Source: an uncultured Spirochaetota bacterium
Lineage (GTDB): Bacteria > Spirochaetota > Brevinematia > Brevinematales > JAOACQ01
Direction of reading: 5' to 3'
Assembly: GCA_963835575.1 (NCBI GenBank)
Contig: CAWIGG010000002.1
Location: forward strand, 480,001-544,000
Length of the DNA: 64,000 nt
The position numbers were made by a program, and so were the translations under genes. Positions within the stretch are counted from its first letter, which is position 1; each line of letters begins with the position of its first letter. Shown here piece by piece: positions 48,938-59,799 of the stretch. The notes under the pieces were generated by a model that did no database searches, was not told where the DNA came from, and saw nothing but the letters and a program-made list of their open reading frames with translations.

Positions 48938-51475
48938 TTATTCGATATTAACACAGATAATACAGACGTCATCCTGGAAGTCATCGCTCCCATGAAACTC
49001 AACAAGTTTGAGATAAGTTTCAGCCACAAATATATTGGCGGGAGTTTTCTGAAATTTAAGGAAAGTCTCCTGGAGAGAAGCGGACTCAAAATCTTCGTCC
49101 ATATTTTTCTGATTGACAGCTTCAGTCAAACCGTCGGTATAAAGGATCAGCTTGCTTCCCGGTTTAAGAGAAATAGTCTGATTCTGGTAACCCTTCTGCA
49201 TTTTCAGCATTAATTCATTGCTGAGAATTGCGAGGGGAAGGCCCCGCCTGTAGGAGGATATCTGTTCAATCTTATTGTCGCGGATAATATAAGGCATATT
49301 ATGGCCTGCATTGGCATAAATGAATTCTTTAGAGTCGAATTTGTAAATCCCGTAAAAAGCAGTGGCAAAATTATCGCCGGTCTGATTAATCAGGGATTCG
49401 TTCAAAAGCTGCAGGAGAAACGCCGGATTATCCTGAAGCAGGCGCGTCTGAAGGATATTACTTTTAACCATTGATGTGACGAAAGCCGCAGGGACCCCAT
49501 GCCCTGAAACATCACTCACAAAGATTCCCACCCAGTTTTTTTCCCTGAATTCCAGGAAATCAAAAAAATCGCCCCCGATTTTTTCCATGGGTTTATAACA
49601 GAAAGCGATGTTGGGTTTGGGGCTTTTTGCAGGGATAAGCTGGGATTGTATCCGGCGCGCAAGGAGTATATCGTTTTCCATCTCCAGATTTCTTTTTTTT
49701 AACTCATACTGCTCTTCTTCCAATTGCGACATCAGCTGGATCCTTATAAAAGTATTGCAGATGGACTGTGTGAGAAATTCATAAATATTTCCGTATTTTA
49801 AATCAAGTTCATAGACAATATACCCGTACTGGTCTTCCAGATAAAAGAGAGGTGTGGCCATATAGGTATGCCGCCTGTGCTGGTCGTAGTACTCCTGCGG
49901 AATAAAATCGAATGGGCTGACGGGATTATTGTTTATTTTAATGAGTCTTGTGTTTGTTTTGATGTCAAAGGCAAGGGATAGATTGACTTTACCAGGAAAT
50001 TGCCATTTTTGATTTCTTTTATGTCTTATAATATTATCATAAATAAAAACATAACAGGATGTGAGCGTCAATTTGGGAAAGTTTAGAGCGATATTATTAA
50101 ATAATTCTTCCTGTGTGAAGGATGTTTGAAAAGTATTAATGACATCGCGGTTTTTCAATTCAAGCCTTTCTCTCTGGATTCTTTCGGTAATCTGAATACT
50201 GAGCTGAATGTCCTGGATAATATTAAAAGCAGATTGAAAAAGTCGGTCGATTTCCTTTTTCTGCTCAGAAATCTTATTTATATAGCAATAGAGGATATTA
50301 AGGATACCAGGCCAGAATGAAATATTAATTCCCTCTTTCTTCTGGATATTGAGTTTTTTATTAAGCTTTTTTAGAAAAACTGTAATATTATCTTCTGTCA
50401 GATTTTTATCTTCGAGAATAAGAAGCAGGTCATCAAGCAGGTCGCTGACAGAAAATGATTTCGGACCGATAAAATCTGTTAAATCTATAATCTTACGGAT
50501 TTCACTATAGAGTTTTACCCTGTCTGCTTCTTCCCCGCAATGAGATGTTTTTTCTTTTTCATCCGTATTGATGGATCTGAAGATCTCGGCAGAGCTGCTG
50601 AAGCATCCGCAGGAAGAACGGATGAGAAGCGAGGTGGGGAGAATGACTTCCGGCGGGACATCTTTCCCGTTGATAATGTCAAGGGCCAGCTCTACAGCCT
50701 TTTTACCCTGCTGATAGATCGGCTGCTTAATGGTGGTGAGCGGCGGTGATACGATTTCGCAGTCCATAATATTATCGAAACCGATAACAGCCGCTTCATC
50801 CGGCACATCGATGCCGCGGCGGGATAATTCATTAACAGCTTCTATGGCCATAGTGTCGTTCGCGGCGATTAAGCCGTCAAAAAAAGCCTTCCGGTAATCC
50901 AGCAGTTCTTTGACGGCATTGCGTCCTGAGATTTCATCAAAATTACCGGGAACAATAAGATTATCGTCGGCTTTTATTCCATATTTACGCATACTTTCAA
51001 TATAAGCTTTTAACCGGATTTGAGCTTCCTCGTTATTTTCCGGTCCGCTGATAAAGGCTATTTTTTTACGATGGTGCACAGAGACTAAATGTTTAACCGC
51101 CTCTTCAATTCCATTGGAATTATCAACAAGAATGCTGGGAATATTCTTGAGAGGAATTGACAGGCTGATGAGCGGAATGTCCTTGAGATTTTCAATGAAA
51201 GTGTAAAAATTCTCCTTTGTGCTGTAATTGCAGAGCGTTCCGGATGCAATGATCAAAGCATCGAGATAATCGGGGCGCATTAAATCATAAATAACGTTAA
51301 GCTGGTATCCGTAGCTGTAAGGATTATACAGAGCCTCTCCGCGGAATATAATAATATCCGCGTCTTTTTCCTGGGCCATGTCCAGCACGCCCTGCCAGAT
51401 AAGTTTGGGGTATTCTTCATGTAAATTTGTGATCTGCAGGCCAATGGTCGGCCTTCTTTTATTCTGCTTGAACAT
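48938..51475 (-). CDS. LacI-type sugar-binding sensor fused to a SpoIIE/PP2C phosphatase
   Basis: AANDTMA, VIGFDN, PPLTT.KQP, RSSCGC; GGDFFDF, SDVSGHG, YTDGLTE, DDVC. Confidence 0.9.
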   Translation of the reverse strand: MFKQNKRRPTIGLQITNLHEEYPKLIWQGVLDMAQEKDADIIIFRGEALYNPYSYGYQLNVIYDLMRPDYLDALIIASGTLCNYSTKENFYTFIENLKDIPLISLSIPLKNIPSILVDNSNGIEEAVKHLVSVHHRKKIAFISGPENNEEAQIRLKAYIESMRKYGIKADDNLIVPGNFDEISGRNAVKELLDYRKAFFDGLIAANDTMAIEAVNELSRRGIDVPDEAAVIGFDNIMDCEIVSPPLTTIKQPIYQQGKKAVELALDIINGKDVPPEVILPTSLLIRSSCGCFSSSAEIFRSINTDEKEKTSHCGEEADRVKLYSEIRKIIDLTDFIGPKSFSVSDLLDDLLLILEDKNLTEDNITVFLKKLNKKLNIQKKEGINISFWPGILNILYCYINKISEQKKEIDRLFQSAFNIIQDIQLSIQITERIQRERLELKNRDVINTFQTSFTQEELFNNIALNFPKLTLTSCYVFIYDNIIRHKRNQKWQFPGKVNLSLAFDIKTNTRLIKINNNPVSPFDFIPQEYYDQHRRHTYMATPLFYLEDQYGYIVYELDLKYGNIYEFLTQSICNTFIRIQLMSQLEEEQYELKKRNLEMENDILLARRIQSQLIPAKSPKPNIAFCYKPMEKIGGDFFDFLEFREKNWVGIFVSDVSGHGVPAAFVTSMVKSNILQTRLLQDNPAFLLQLLNESLINQTGDNFATAFYGIYKFDSKEFIYANAGHNMPYIIRDNKIEQISSYRRGLPLAILSNELMLKMQKGYQNQTISLKPGSKLILYTDGLTEAVNQKNMDEDFESASLQETFLKFQKTPANIFVAETYLKLVEFHGSDDFQDDVCIICVNIE

Positions 51476-51497
51476 TTAAATATTTTAACCTCGAATT

Positions 51498-53813
51498 TTA
51501 TGTATCCGCGGGCTTTTTTTTCTCTTTATTATTATAGAGATCTTTATCAGCCAGAGCGAGAAGCGTTTCAATATCTGTTGATTCCCGGCCGTTGAATTCT
51601 GAAATTCCGAAACTCATGTCAAGAAGATAAGGCAAAGGTTCGTTTTCATTAAATTTCTTAATGTTAAGGTTGATTTTATTCTTGATTTTATCCAGATTTT
51701 CAATAGGAGTGTCCGGCGTTATTATCACAAATTCATCACCGCCGATACGCGATATGATATCTGACTTACGGAATGTTGTCTGCAGTATTTTCACGGCGCT
51801 GCGTAAGGCCCGGTCGCCTTCGCTATGCCCGTATTTGTCATTGATCTTTTTCAGACCGTCCATATCGGCGAAAAAGATAAGGAAATTCCTGCCTGCACGG
51901 AGGGCAAGGTTTTTCTGCTGTTCGGCAAATGTAAAAAACCCCCTTCTGTTGTAAAGGCCTGTTAATTCATCGATGATAGAAAGATTCTCAAGCTTTTTAT
52001 TGGTGTCCTCCAGTACAAGAAGGGTTGATTTGAGCTTTTCTTCAACCTCCAGCCGCTCATGATAAAGAATACTGCTCATGATAACACTGCTGATCTGGGA
52101 GGTCAGGGTTTCAAATATTACATTATTTTTCGGTTCAGACTCATAAACAGCGAAACCGAAGTTTTCTTCCCTGAAAACAAGAGGTTCAATTAGAAAATCC
52201 AGCTTGCCTTTGTTAAAGATTTTGTTGATTTTGGAAAAATCCTCAAAAAAAGTTTTCTGGTAAAATTCCTTCTGCATATTTATCAGATCAAGCTTGACGC
52301 CGTTATGATAAGCCGCGGTCAGGTAAAACTTTTTAGAAAGAAGCTCTTTGCATCTTTTCCCTGCCACCGCCTCTTTATAGATAAACATAAAAAAAGTTTT
52401 GATATTAAGCCTGGGAAGCTCCTGCATAACTATGTCTGCAAGCTTCTGCATATCATAAAGAGTGATGATAGTACCGCTGACGATGCGCAGGGTCTCGGAC
52501 TGTTTTTCCTGCTGGATCATCTTTAATTTTGGAATCCTGTAAGCGAAATGGGCAATAAGAAGAAACGCCGAATCCCAGAGAACTGTCGCGGATTCAATAT
52601 CATCCTTTTCTTCAAGAAATTCATGGGTTTTTGTCCTGAATGATGAAACGACGCCGTGCCAGAATAAAATATTATTATCAGACTCAACGGTCTCATTGAG
52701 TATTAAAGACAAGCTGGGACAAAAACTTTTGGCCGGGTTTCTTTCTTCAATATCTTTAATAAATGCATCAAAAAGCATATTCAGTCTGTTTTCAATATAT
52801 TGTTTGTCTAATGATGTGTTGAATTGGTCAATTATAGAGGTAATTATTTCATTTTTGTGCTGTTTAATCCCGGACAAACCGGAAAAATTGAGATTGTTTT
52901 TTAAATGTTTATGAATAAATTTTGTCTGTGAACAGCCGCAGGATTCCCGCACTATCAGTTCTGAATTGAGTGTCTTTTTAATGGGGATAATTTCTCCCCT
53001 GAGCGATTTAATCAATATTTCAACCGAGGCATACCCCAGTTGTTTTATGGGTGATTTTATGGTAGTAAGCGAGGGCGATGAAACCGCCGTTTCTTCAATA
53101 TCGTCATATCCGCCTACAGCTATTTTATCGGGTATGGATATTTCCCTTTTTTTCAACTCTGCCATTGCACCCAGGGCCATATTGTCATTAACGCCGATGA
53201 TTGCATCGATTTCCATTTTTTTTTCATCGAGAAGATATTCGACGGCCCTTTTACCGGATTCCGGCATAAGATCGCCGATTATAACCATTTCAGGATCAAA
53301 TTCAATATTATTTTCTTTTAAAGCATCCAGATAGGCACTAAAACGGTCTTTCATTTCCGGCAGACCCAGCGGTCCGCGTATAAAAGCTATCCTTTTTTTA
53401 TGATGGTAATTAATAAAATGATTGACCAGCTGCTTCATGCCTGAATAATTTTCTTCAACAACGGATGTGATATCTTCCATAGGCCTTCCAATACTGATAG
53501 TGGGAATAGGGGAAAAATGAAGATGGAATGATTTAAATTCATCGATACTGATAAAACTTCCCACACAAGTTATAATGATAAGCCCGTCAAAGTAGTCCGT
53601 TTTAATCAGGTTATAAACGGAATTCCTTCTTTTTTCATAAATGTTTACAGGCGAATGTTCCAGCGTACCGCCGCAGATGGCAATAAAATCGATATCATTT
53701 TTCCTGGCGGCTTCCGATGCTCCCTCCCAGATCAGCGTCTGATATTTACCAATGCTGATTATATTGTCAGTTAGAAATCCTATTTTTAGGCGGGGCTTGT
53801 TTCTCAAAGCCAT
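51498..53813 (-). CDS. LacI-type sugar-binding sensor fused to a GGDEF diguanylate cyclase
   Basis: NDNMALG, GGYDD, PSLTT, RESCGC; DELTGLYNRR, RIGGDEF. Confidence 0.9.
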   Translation of the reverse strand: MALRNKPRLKIGFLTDNIISIGKYQTLIWEGASEAARKNDIDFIAICGGTLEHSPVNIYEKRRNSVYNLIKTDYFDGLIIITCVGSFISIDEFKSFHLHFSPIPTISIGRPMEDITSVVEENYSGMKQLVNHFINYHHKKRIAFIRGPLGLPEMKDRFSAYLDALKENNIEFDPEMVIIGDLMPESGKRAVEYLLDEKKMEIDAIIGVNDNMALGAMAELKKREISIPDKIAVGGYDDIEETAVSSPSLTTIKSPIKQLGYASVEILIKSLRGEIIPIKKTLNSELIVRESCGCSQTKFIHKHLKNNLNFSGLSGIKQHKNEIITSIIDQFNTSLDKQYIENRLNMLFDAFIKDIEERNPAKSFCPSLSLILNETVESDNNILFWHGVVSSFRTKTHEFLEEKDDIESATVLWDSAFLLIAHFAYRIPKLKMIQQEKQSETLRIVSGTIITLYDMQKLADIVMQELPRLNIKTFFMFIYKEAVAGKRCKELLSKKFYLTAAYHNGVKLDLINMQKEFYQKTFFEDFSKINKIFNKGKLDFLIEPLVFREENFGFAVYESEPKNNVIFETLTSQISSVIMSSILYHERLEVEEKLKSTLLVLEDTNKKLENLSIIDELTGLYNRRGFFTFAEQQKNLALRAGRNFLIFFADMDGLKKINDKYGHSEGDRALRSAVKILQTTFRKSDIISRIGGDEFVIITPDTPIENLDKIKNKINLNIKKFNENEPLPYLLDMSFGISEFNGRESTDIETLLALADKDLYNNKEKKKPADT

Positions 53814-54006
53814 ATCAAATATCCTGAAATCATATTTTTGAAAACATTATTTCAATTATTAGTTTAATTGATTTGATAATTTTGTCAAAGGTTTAAATCT
53901 TAAATTAATTTCAGCCTGATATCTGAATAGTGTAAACCTTTTTTTGAGTTTTTGAAAAGAATTTCATATAATATGAAAAAGTTTTAATGATCCGGGGAAA
54001 ATTAAA

Positions 54007-56490
54007 ATGGTTAAAAATAATATCTATCTTATTATCCATGGGCATTTCTACCAGCCGCCGAGGGAAGAGCCGGGCACAGATGAGATAGACCGTCAGCCGT
54101 CCGCTGGGCCTTTTCATGACTGGAATCAAAGGATCAATAAAGAATGCTATGCCGCGAATGCGGCGTCCAGGATCCTGGACAGCTCGGGAAGGATAGAAGA
54201 AATTATTAATAATTATAAGTATATCAGCTTTAACTTCGGGCCGACTTTGATGAAGTGGCTGAAACGGAATGATCCTTTAACATACGGTTTGATTATTGAT
54301 GCTGATAAAGAAAGCAGGACAATTCAGAATAGACATGGGAACGCCATTGCTCAGGTCTATAATCATATTATACTCCCCCTGGCCAATGACAGGGATATTA
54401 TCACGGAAATAGACTGGGGTATCCGTTCGTTTCAAAAGGATTTCGGCAGAGACCCGGAAGGGATCTGGCTTTCAGAAACGGCCATTAATAACCGCGTGGC
54501 AGAGCATTTAATAAGTTTCGGCATTAAATTTGTCATACTTTCCCCCGACCAGGCAGAGGAAACAAAGCAATTCCATGCGCACAATTGGCATTCCGTCACT
54601 CACGGTACAATAGATCCGTCAAAACCATATTTGTTGAATGAACTTAACGGCAGTCTTACAGTCTTTTTCTTAAATCCGGACATTGCACGGAAAATCAGTT
54701 TTGAACATCTTTTAAGAAATGTGGAATATTTAAGGGGTGAAATACTTTCACATAATAAAGCCGAACAGGAAAACATTCTCATCCATACCGCTACTGACGG
54801 CGAATCGTACGGCCATCATGAACCGTTCGGCGATATGTGCCTTGCGCGTCTGATTTATGATAATAAAGCATTGAATGATTTTAAGTTTACAAATTACGGC
54901 CGCTATCTGGAAATGTTCCCGCCGCAGGATTTTGTCCGGCTGAAGGAATTGGGCGAACAAAAGGGATCTTCTTGGAGCTGTCCTCATGGCGTCGGAAGGT
55001 GGTATGAGGACTGCGGCTGTTCGACCGGTGGAAAACCCGGCTGGAACCAGAAATGGAGAACACCCCTCCGCGAAGCATTTGATTTTTTAAGAGATAATCT
55101 ATACGGTGCGGCCGAAGAAAAATTAACTTCCTGCCTGGAAAATTTATGGGAAGCGCGCAATGAATATCACAGGGTTATTTATGCTGATACAGATGAAGAA
55201 AAGAAACAAGCCGCCGCTGTATTTTTAAAAGAACTGACTAAAATGAAACCCGGCAGCCCGGAAGGGATTTTTATTTTGAAAATCATGGAAGCCCTCTATA
55301 ATACGCTTCTTATGTATACCAGCTGCGGCTGGTTTTTTTCAGATATTTCGGGTATTGAGACTGTCCAGAATATGAAATATGCCTTGCAGGTTCTTGATCT
55401 GGCCTGTGATATAATACCTGAAGAAACCAGGGAAAAATTTCTCATTATGCTCGGTATGGCCAGGTCTAATATTCCCGAATTACGGGACGGCAGATGGATT
55501 TTTGAAAACAGAGCCGAAAAAACTTTCTATTATGAAGAACAGGCGGCAATGGAATGTTTGTTAAATGCCGTTTTAACAGGCCGGAAAATAAAGCCTTTGC
55601 AGAAAATGAAAAAGTATTTTTATGAGCTGTATTTTTCTTTTTTTCAGGGAATGATAAAAAAGGGTTTTGAAATTTATAAATCAATAATCGGGATAATCAA
55701 TATCTTTTTATCTGAAGAGAAGAATTATATTATTTATCTTATTAAAAAGGGAAATGAATATCATTTTTTCATCAAGCAAACTGATGATAATTCTCTTATC
55801 GGCTACCTGGACAGAATAATAGAAAAGAAAAACGGCAATGATATTTTAAGATATTTTGCCGATTGGTTCGGGAAAAGCTACACTCTTAAAAATTTTACAC
55901 ATGATGCGAGAGAATATATTCTTAGGAAAATATTTGAAGATGTGATGCTCTGCCTTCATAAAAATAAAGAAAAAGCATTAAACCGGATTGAGGATTATCT
56001 ATCCGCCGTCAGGCTTTATTGTGAACTGGATATAAAAATGCCTGAAAATGATTCGGCGGCTATAGAAGGATATTTTAATGAGATTATTCTGACTGAACTT
56101 GGGAAATTGGAAAGCTTTGATATCGATTCTTATGACTTTTCCTATCTGGTCCGGATAATCCAGACCATTCGGCAGGGTGATATGACAATTGATTATGCTG
56201 ATATACTTCCGTATATCCGCAATTATGTTTTAAAGCGTATGAATGAAGCGATCATAAGGCAAAACACAAGGGAACTTAAACATATAGAAAGAGTCATTGA
56301 TTTTACAAATTTTGCCGGGATTGATTTTGAGAAGTATGAAATTCAGAATTTACTTTATATTGAGTTGTCAAACCTTGCTTCAATGCAGATAAAAATGTCT
56401 GAAAATGTCATTGAACTCCTTCTCCGTATTGCGTCAAAATTTAATATTGCCGTTCATCATTTCGAAGAAAAATTAAGAAGCGGTCGTTAG
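54007..56490 (+). CDS. Glycoside hydrolase family 57 / DUF3536 protein
   Basis: HGHFYQPPRE, SFNFGPTL, GIWLSE, ATDGESYGHH, SWSCPHG, MYTSCGWFF. Confidence 0.9.
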   Translation: MVKNNIYLIIHGHFYQPPREEPGTDEIDRQPSAGPFHDWNQRINKECYAANAASRILDSSGRIEEIINNYKYISFNFGPTLMKWLKRNDPLTYGLIIDADKESRTIQNRHGNAIAQVYNHIILPLANDRDIITEIDWGIRSFQKDFGRDPEGIWLSETAINNRVAEHLISFGIKFVILSPDQAEETKQFHAHNWHSVTHGTIDPSKPYLLNELNGSLTVFFLNPDIARKISFEHLLRNVEYLRGEILSHNKAEQENILIHTATDGESYGHHEPFGDMCLARLIYDNKALNDFKFTNYGRYLEMFPPQDFVRLKELGEQKGSSWSCPHGVGRWYEDCGCSTGGKPGWNQKWRTPLREAFDFLRDNLYGAAEEKLTSCLENLWEARNEYHRVIYADTDEEKKQAAAVFLKELTKMKPGSPEGIFILKIMEALYNTLLMYTSCGWFFSDISGIETVQNMKYALQVLDLACDIIPEETREKFLIMLGMARSNIPELRDGRWIFENRAEKTFYYEEQAAMECLLNAVLTGRKIKPLQKMKKYFYELYFSFFQGMIKKGFEIYKSIIGIINIFLSEEKNYIIYLIKKGNEYHFFIKQTDDNSLIGYLDRIIEKKNGNDILRYFADWFGKSYTLKNFTHDAREYILRKIFEDVMLCLHKNKEKALNRIEDYLSAVRLYCELDIKMPENDSAAIEGYFNEIILTELGKLESFDIDSYDFSYLVRIIQTIRQGDMTIDYADILPYIRNYVLKRMNEAIIRQNTRELKHIERVIDFTNFAGIDFEKYEIQNLLYIELSNLASMQIKMSENVIELLLRIASKFNIAVHHFEEKLRSGR

Positions 56491-56542
56491 CAGGAAGACT
56501 AAAGGATTTGTTCCTTTTTCCTGAAGGTATATAAGACGGGAT

Positions 56543-56613
56543 AGCGGCCAGCGGGAATCGAACCCGCGCCATTAGCTTGGAAGGCTAAGGTACTGCCACT
56601 GTACGATGGCCGC
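56543..56613 (-). tRNA. tRNA-Gly (anticodon TCC), CCA not encoded
   Basis: GCGGCCA acceptor stem; anticodon arm TTAGC-CTTCCAA-GCTAA; T-arm GCGGG-TTCGATT-CCCGC. Confidence 0.95.
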
Positions 56614-56622
56614 AGCTTATGA

Positions 56623-57048
56623 TTAGAAAAGAATCTGCTTGTATAATACAAGATGCAGTAAACCGGCAAATACAGTGACTATTCCGGCAATACCTTTATA
56701 TTTTTCAATATATGTGTAATATTTTTTCTTTCCCTCTTCAGGGACATTGAGAATTTCTATTACATTGGGGTAGATGATAGTGCTGTCAATGATCAGAAGC
56801 AAAGCAGGAATCAAAGCTCCAATGACAGGAGGAGCAAATATCGCTGTAAAATCCGGCGCAAATAAATTCCAGATCCCGATAATAATTCCTGCAAAAGCCA
56901 GAAAAAGCCTTGCGGCTCCTTTTTCAATCATTTTATCCACTTTGCTGAAAAAGGCTTTACTCTGCGGAAAAGCCTTAATGACAACCTCGCCAGATAAAAT
57001 AAAACCGTAAAATAACAATATGAGAGAAAATAAAATAACCCCCAGCAT
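56623..57048 (-). CDS. Hypothetical membrane protein (~4 TM)
   Basis: 141-aa hydrophobic ORF with AAGGAGG RBS. Confidence 0.75.
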   Translation of the reverse strand: MLGVILFSLILLFYGFILSGEVVIKAFPQSKAFFSKVDKMIEKGAARLFLAFAGIIIGIWNLFAPDFTAIFAPPVIGALIPALLLIIDSTIIYPNVIEILNVPEEGKKKYYTYIEKYKGIAGIVTVFAGLLHLVLYKQILF

Positions 57049-57079
57049 CCTTTTCCTCCTTCTCTATGATAAGAAATAA

Positions 57080-57108
57080 ATTATAAAATTTCTTATAAAG
57101 AAAGTCAA
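57080..57108 (-). promoter_or_regulatory. Sigma70 promoter for the membrane protein / tRNA-Gly unit
   Basis: TTGACT-N17-TATAAT on the minus strand. Confidence 0.6.
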
Positions 57109-57165
57109 TAAATTGCCGGGTTTCATAATAATTCCGGGTTGAATCGGAATATTCGTTTTATATTT

Positions 57166-58455
57166 TTAAAAACGGCTGCTTATTGTGACAAAATTTACTT
57201 TTAGTTCGTTATTAAAAGAAAGAGAATCTGAGAACTCGATTTTAGGAATAAAACTGATTTTGCTATTGTAATTAAAATAATAAATGGGGGCTCCGATCAG
57301 ATCGAATAAATATCCCAGTGCAAATAAGCCGATGCTGCCGTAAGTGAGAGCTTTATATGCATCGGGATCGGTAATGATATTTTCTTTTGCGCAGTATTGT
57401 GTGCCCAAAAAAACCGCGGCTGAAAAAAAAGATATGCCGAGGACTGTAAACCCTCCTCCGGCATCCCCGACAATAAAATGCGCCAGCCCGCTGCCTGGGA
57501 GACAGAGGCCGGTAATTCCTCCGATTATTAAGTTCTTTAGAGGTATTATAGTATTTCTTTCTGAAACGGGAGGTTTATGCAGGGTAGAGTCGTTCTTATT
57601 TTCATTTTCTGATTGAGAGCTGTCTGATTCTTTATTCTTACTTTGAGACTCCATATATTTTGTTTTATTTTGCTTTACTCTTTTTATCGTTTGGTCCAGG
57701 GTCTCTTCATCAGAATCTGGAATATTTTGATCGTCAGTATTTGTATTTAAGTTTGTAATATTTTCTGTGCTCAATGAATCATCAGTTTTATTAGTGCTGA
57801 CAGATGAGCCCTGCATATTATTTAATTGATTTGATTCTTTCATATTTTTGACAAAAACTTTTATCTTTTCTAAAAAGTAATGAATGGTAGAATCGATTGA
57901 AAATGAACTCGCGGGATTATTATTAACAGCCGGAGGATTTTCTAATGCGGTTTGATCGACTGCTCTTCCATGTACCATATTATTTATCAGCAAACTGCAG
58001 GTATAAGATAAATCCGATAAAGAAGAAGCTTCTCCTGTATCTCCGTATTCCATTATACCTGACTGGACATGTATCATGCGCATATTGATGTAATATTTTT
58101 TGTCTAAAAGATTCACAGTGCCGAGCATTATTTTTTGAGCGGAAAGAAATTCGCCGATTTTAACTGCGTAATCATTGCCGCTTAGACCGGAAAGCTGGAG
58201 CTTTTTTTCCTCGAGTATTTTTTTCATGTCCTTTCTTTCCAGGATTTTATATTTGCCTGTTTTGAAAATTTCGATACGTATCCTCTCTGTTACAAATTCA
58301 GCAGTTTCAGGATCAACACCTTTCTTCGGCTCAAAATCTATTATGGCTATTGGAATCTGGTCATTAGGCCCGTTTTCAGCGAAGATAAAGCTTTTTACAG
58401 AAATAAGAATAAATACAGAACTAACTAATATGAGTATCTTTTTATAGGAATCCAT
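57166..58455 (-). CDS. CsgG/HfaB-like domain exported protein with a low-complexity linker
   Basis: IAIIDF...YKILERKDMKKILEEKKLQLSGL...KIGEFLSAQKIMLG pattern. Confidence 0.7.
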   Translation of the reverse strand: MDSYKKILILVSSVFILISVKSFIFAENGPNDQIPIAIIDFEPKKGVDPETAEFVTERIRIEIFKTGKYKILERKDMKKILEEKKLQLSGLSGNDYAVKIGEFLSAQKIMLGTVNLLDKKYYINMRMIHVQSGIMEYGDTGEASSLSDLSYTCSLLINNMVHGRAVDQTALENPPAVNNNPASSFSIDSTIHYFLEKIKVFVKNMKESNQLNNMQGSSVSTNKTDDSLSTENITNLNTNTDDQNIPDSDEETLDQTIKRVKQNKTKYMESQSKNKESDSSQSENENKNDSTLHKPPVSERNTIIPLKNLIIGGITGLCLPGSGLAHFIVGDAGGGFTVLGISFFSAAVFLGTQYCAKENIITDPDAYKALTYGSIGLFALGYLFDLIGAPIYYFNYNSKISFIPKIEFSDSLSFNNELKVNFVTISSRF

Positions 58456-58644
58456 TATGCCTCCATTTATAATTGTTATAGCAACATATATGCCAGATAT
58501 TTTATTTAAAATAAAAATAAAATCAGGACTTTATTTATTATAATATATGAAGATATAAAAATCTTTATTTTTATTAAAATATCTGCAGTCAGGTTGATAC
58601 TTTAAGAATAATAATTTTATCAAATTAGATATATCGAAAGTGAT

Positions 58645-59502
58645 TTATCCGGCAGCTTTGAAATGGGCTTTTGCATATTTTAAAAAATCAGCTGACGATA
58701 AATCCTTTTTCATTTTTAAAAACAATCTGGAAGCATCCTTTCCGCAGCCTTTTGGAATTTCTATCCCCAGTTCATTCGACTTTTTTTCTATCCAATCCAG
58801 AAAATGATACCGCGCCATTATTGATGCGGCCGCAACGGCGGTAAACGATTCCCCTTTCTCAACAATAATGGAATCCTGCGAAAGATTATTTCTGAAATTA
58901 TCATTGAGATCTTCAGAACTGGTGAATTTATCAAGTATAACAGTATTAAACGGTTGCTTTTTCATATAATTAACTAAATTGATATACTCTGCCATCATAA
59001 GTTTATTGAGGTTGCCGTGTTTTTCATAGAGTTTATTATATTCCTGCGGTTCAATAACCCTGACGGAATAAATGATTTTATTTTTCAACCGGGTGAAAAG
59101 CTGCCGGATCATGAAGTCTGTAATTTTTTTCGAATCCATAACCCCGTCTTTGATGATTGGATCTTTTTGTTCTTTATTGATAACAGCTCCGGCGAGCACC
59201 AATGGTCCGAAATAGTCGCCCTTTCCGGATTCGTCCAGACCGAGGACTGGATATTTTAAAGAATCGTCTGCCTTCTTAAATAAAGAAGTTATATTAAGAT
59301 TATGAAGAATTGTATTTATGGTATTTTCATTACCCTGAAAAAGAACGCTCCCGTTCTTATAAAAAATAATACTGGCATTATTTCCTTTGGCTCTCCAGAA
59401 GGCGTGCTCATTTTCATGAAAATCAAAATTCTCTTTTTGCAGAATCACTGCGAGGTCCTTCTGGCAGCTTGTGTCAAGAACAATCTTTTTTGAGATTAAC
59501 AT
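58645..59502 (-). CDS. rnhC: Ribonuclease HIII
   Basis: N-terminal TBP-like YKNGSVLFQG; GLDESGKGDYFGPLV, DSKK, VAAASIMAR, AKAHFK. Confidence 0.9.
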   Translation of the reverse strand: MLISKKIVLDTSCQKDLAVILQKENFDFHENEHAFWRAKGNNASIIFYKNGSVLFQGNENTINTILHNLNITSLFKKADDSLKYPVLGLDESGKGDYFGPLVLAGAVINKEQKDPIIKDGVMDSKKITDFMIRQLFTRLKNKIIYSVRVIEPQEYNKLYEKHGNLNKLMMAEYINLVNYMKKQPFNTVILDKFTSSEDLNDNFRNNLSQDSIIVEKGESFTAVAAASIMARYHFLDWIEKKSNELGIEIPKGCGKDASRLFLKMKKDLSSADFLKYAKAHFKAAG

Positions 59503-59607
59503 ACTTTAATCCTTAATAGTTAATACTACCTGATGTATAATGCTTATCAAATCTAATATAAAAATAACGGCGTATTATTTTAAGGTATAAATACTTCAAA
59601 AGCAAAT

Positions 59608-59635
59608 TTGACATTTGGCGTTTATCAATTAAAAT
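59608..59635 (+). promoter_or_regulatory. Sigma70-type promoter upstream of the ComFB-family gene
   Basis: TTGACA-N16-TAAAAT. Confidence 0.5.
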
Positions 59636-59799
59636 ATACCGATACCCTGATGCTTCCGGAAAAATTGGAAATTAATACAGGGCAGTGCACTGAACCAAAT
59701 AGATGACCTTATCAATAGGATTGCGTTGAGCATTTCGGCGATCATGTTTTTTGTAAATGAATATAATTTGTATTGGTTCATTGTACAGGCGAGCGTAAT

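Noticed and set aside
56500..56613. Integrative element at tRNA-Gly
   Set aside because: No integrase and no duplicated tRNA 3' end seen in the window
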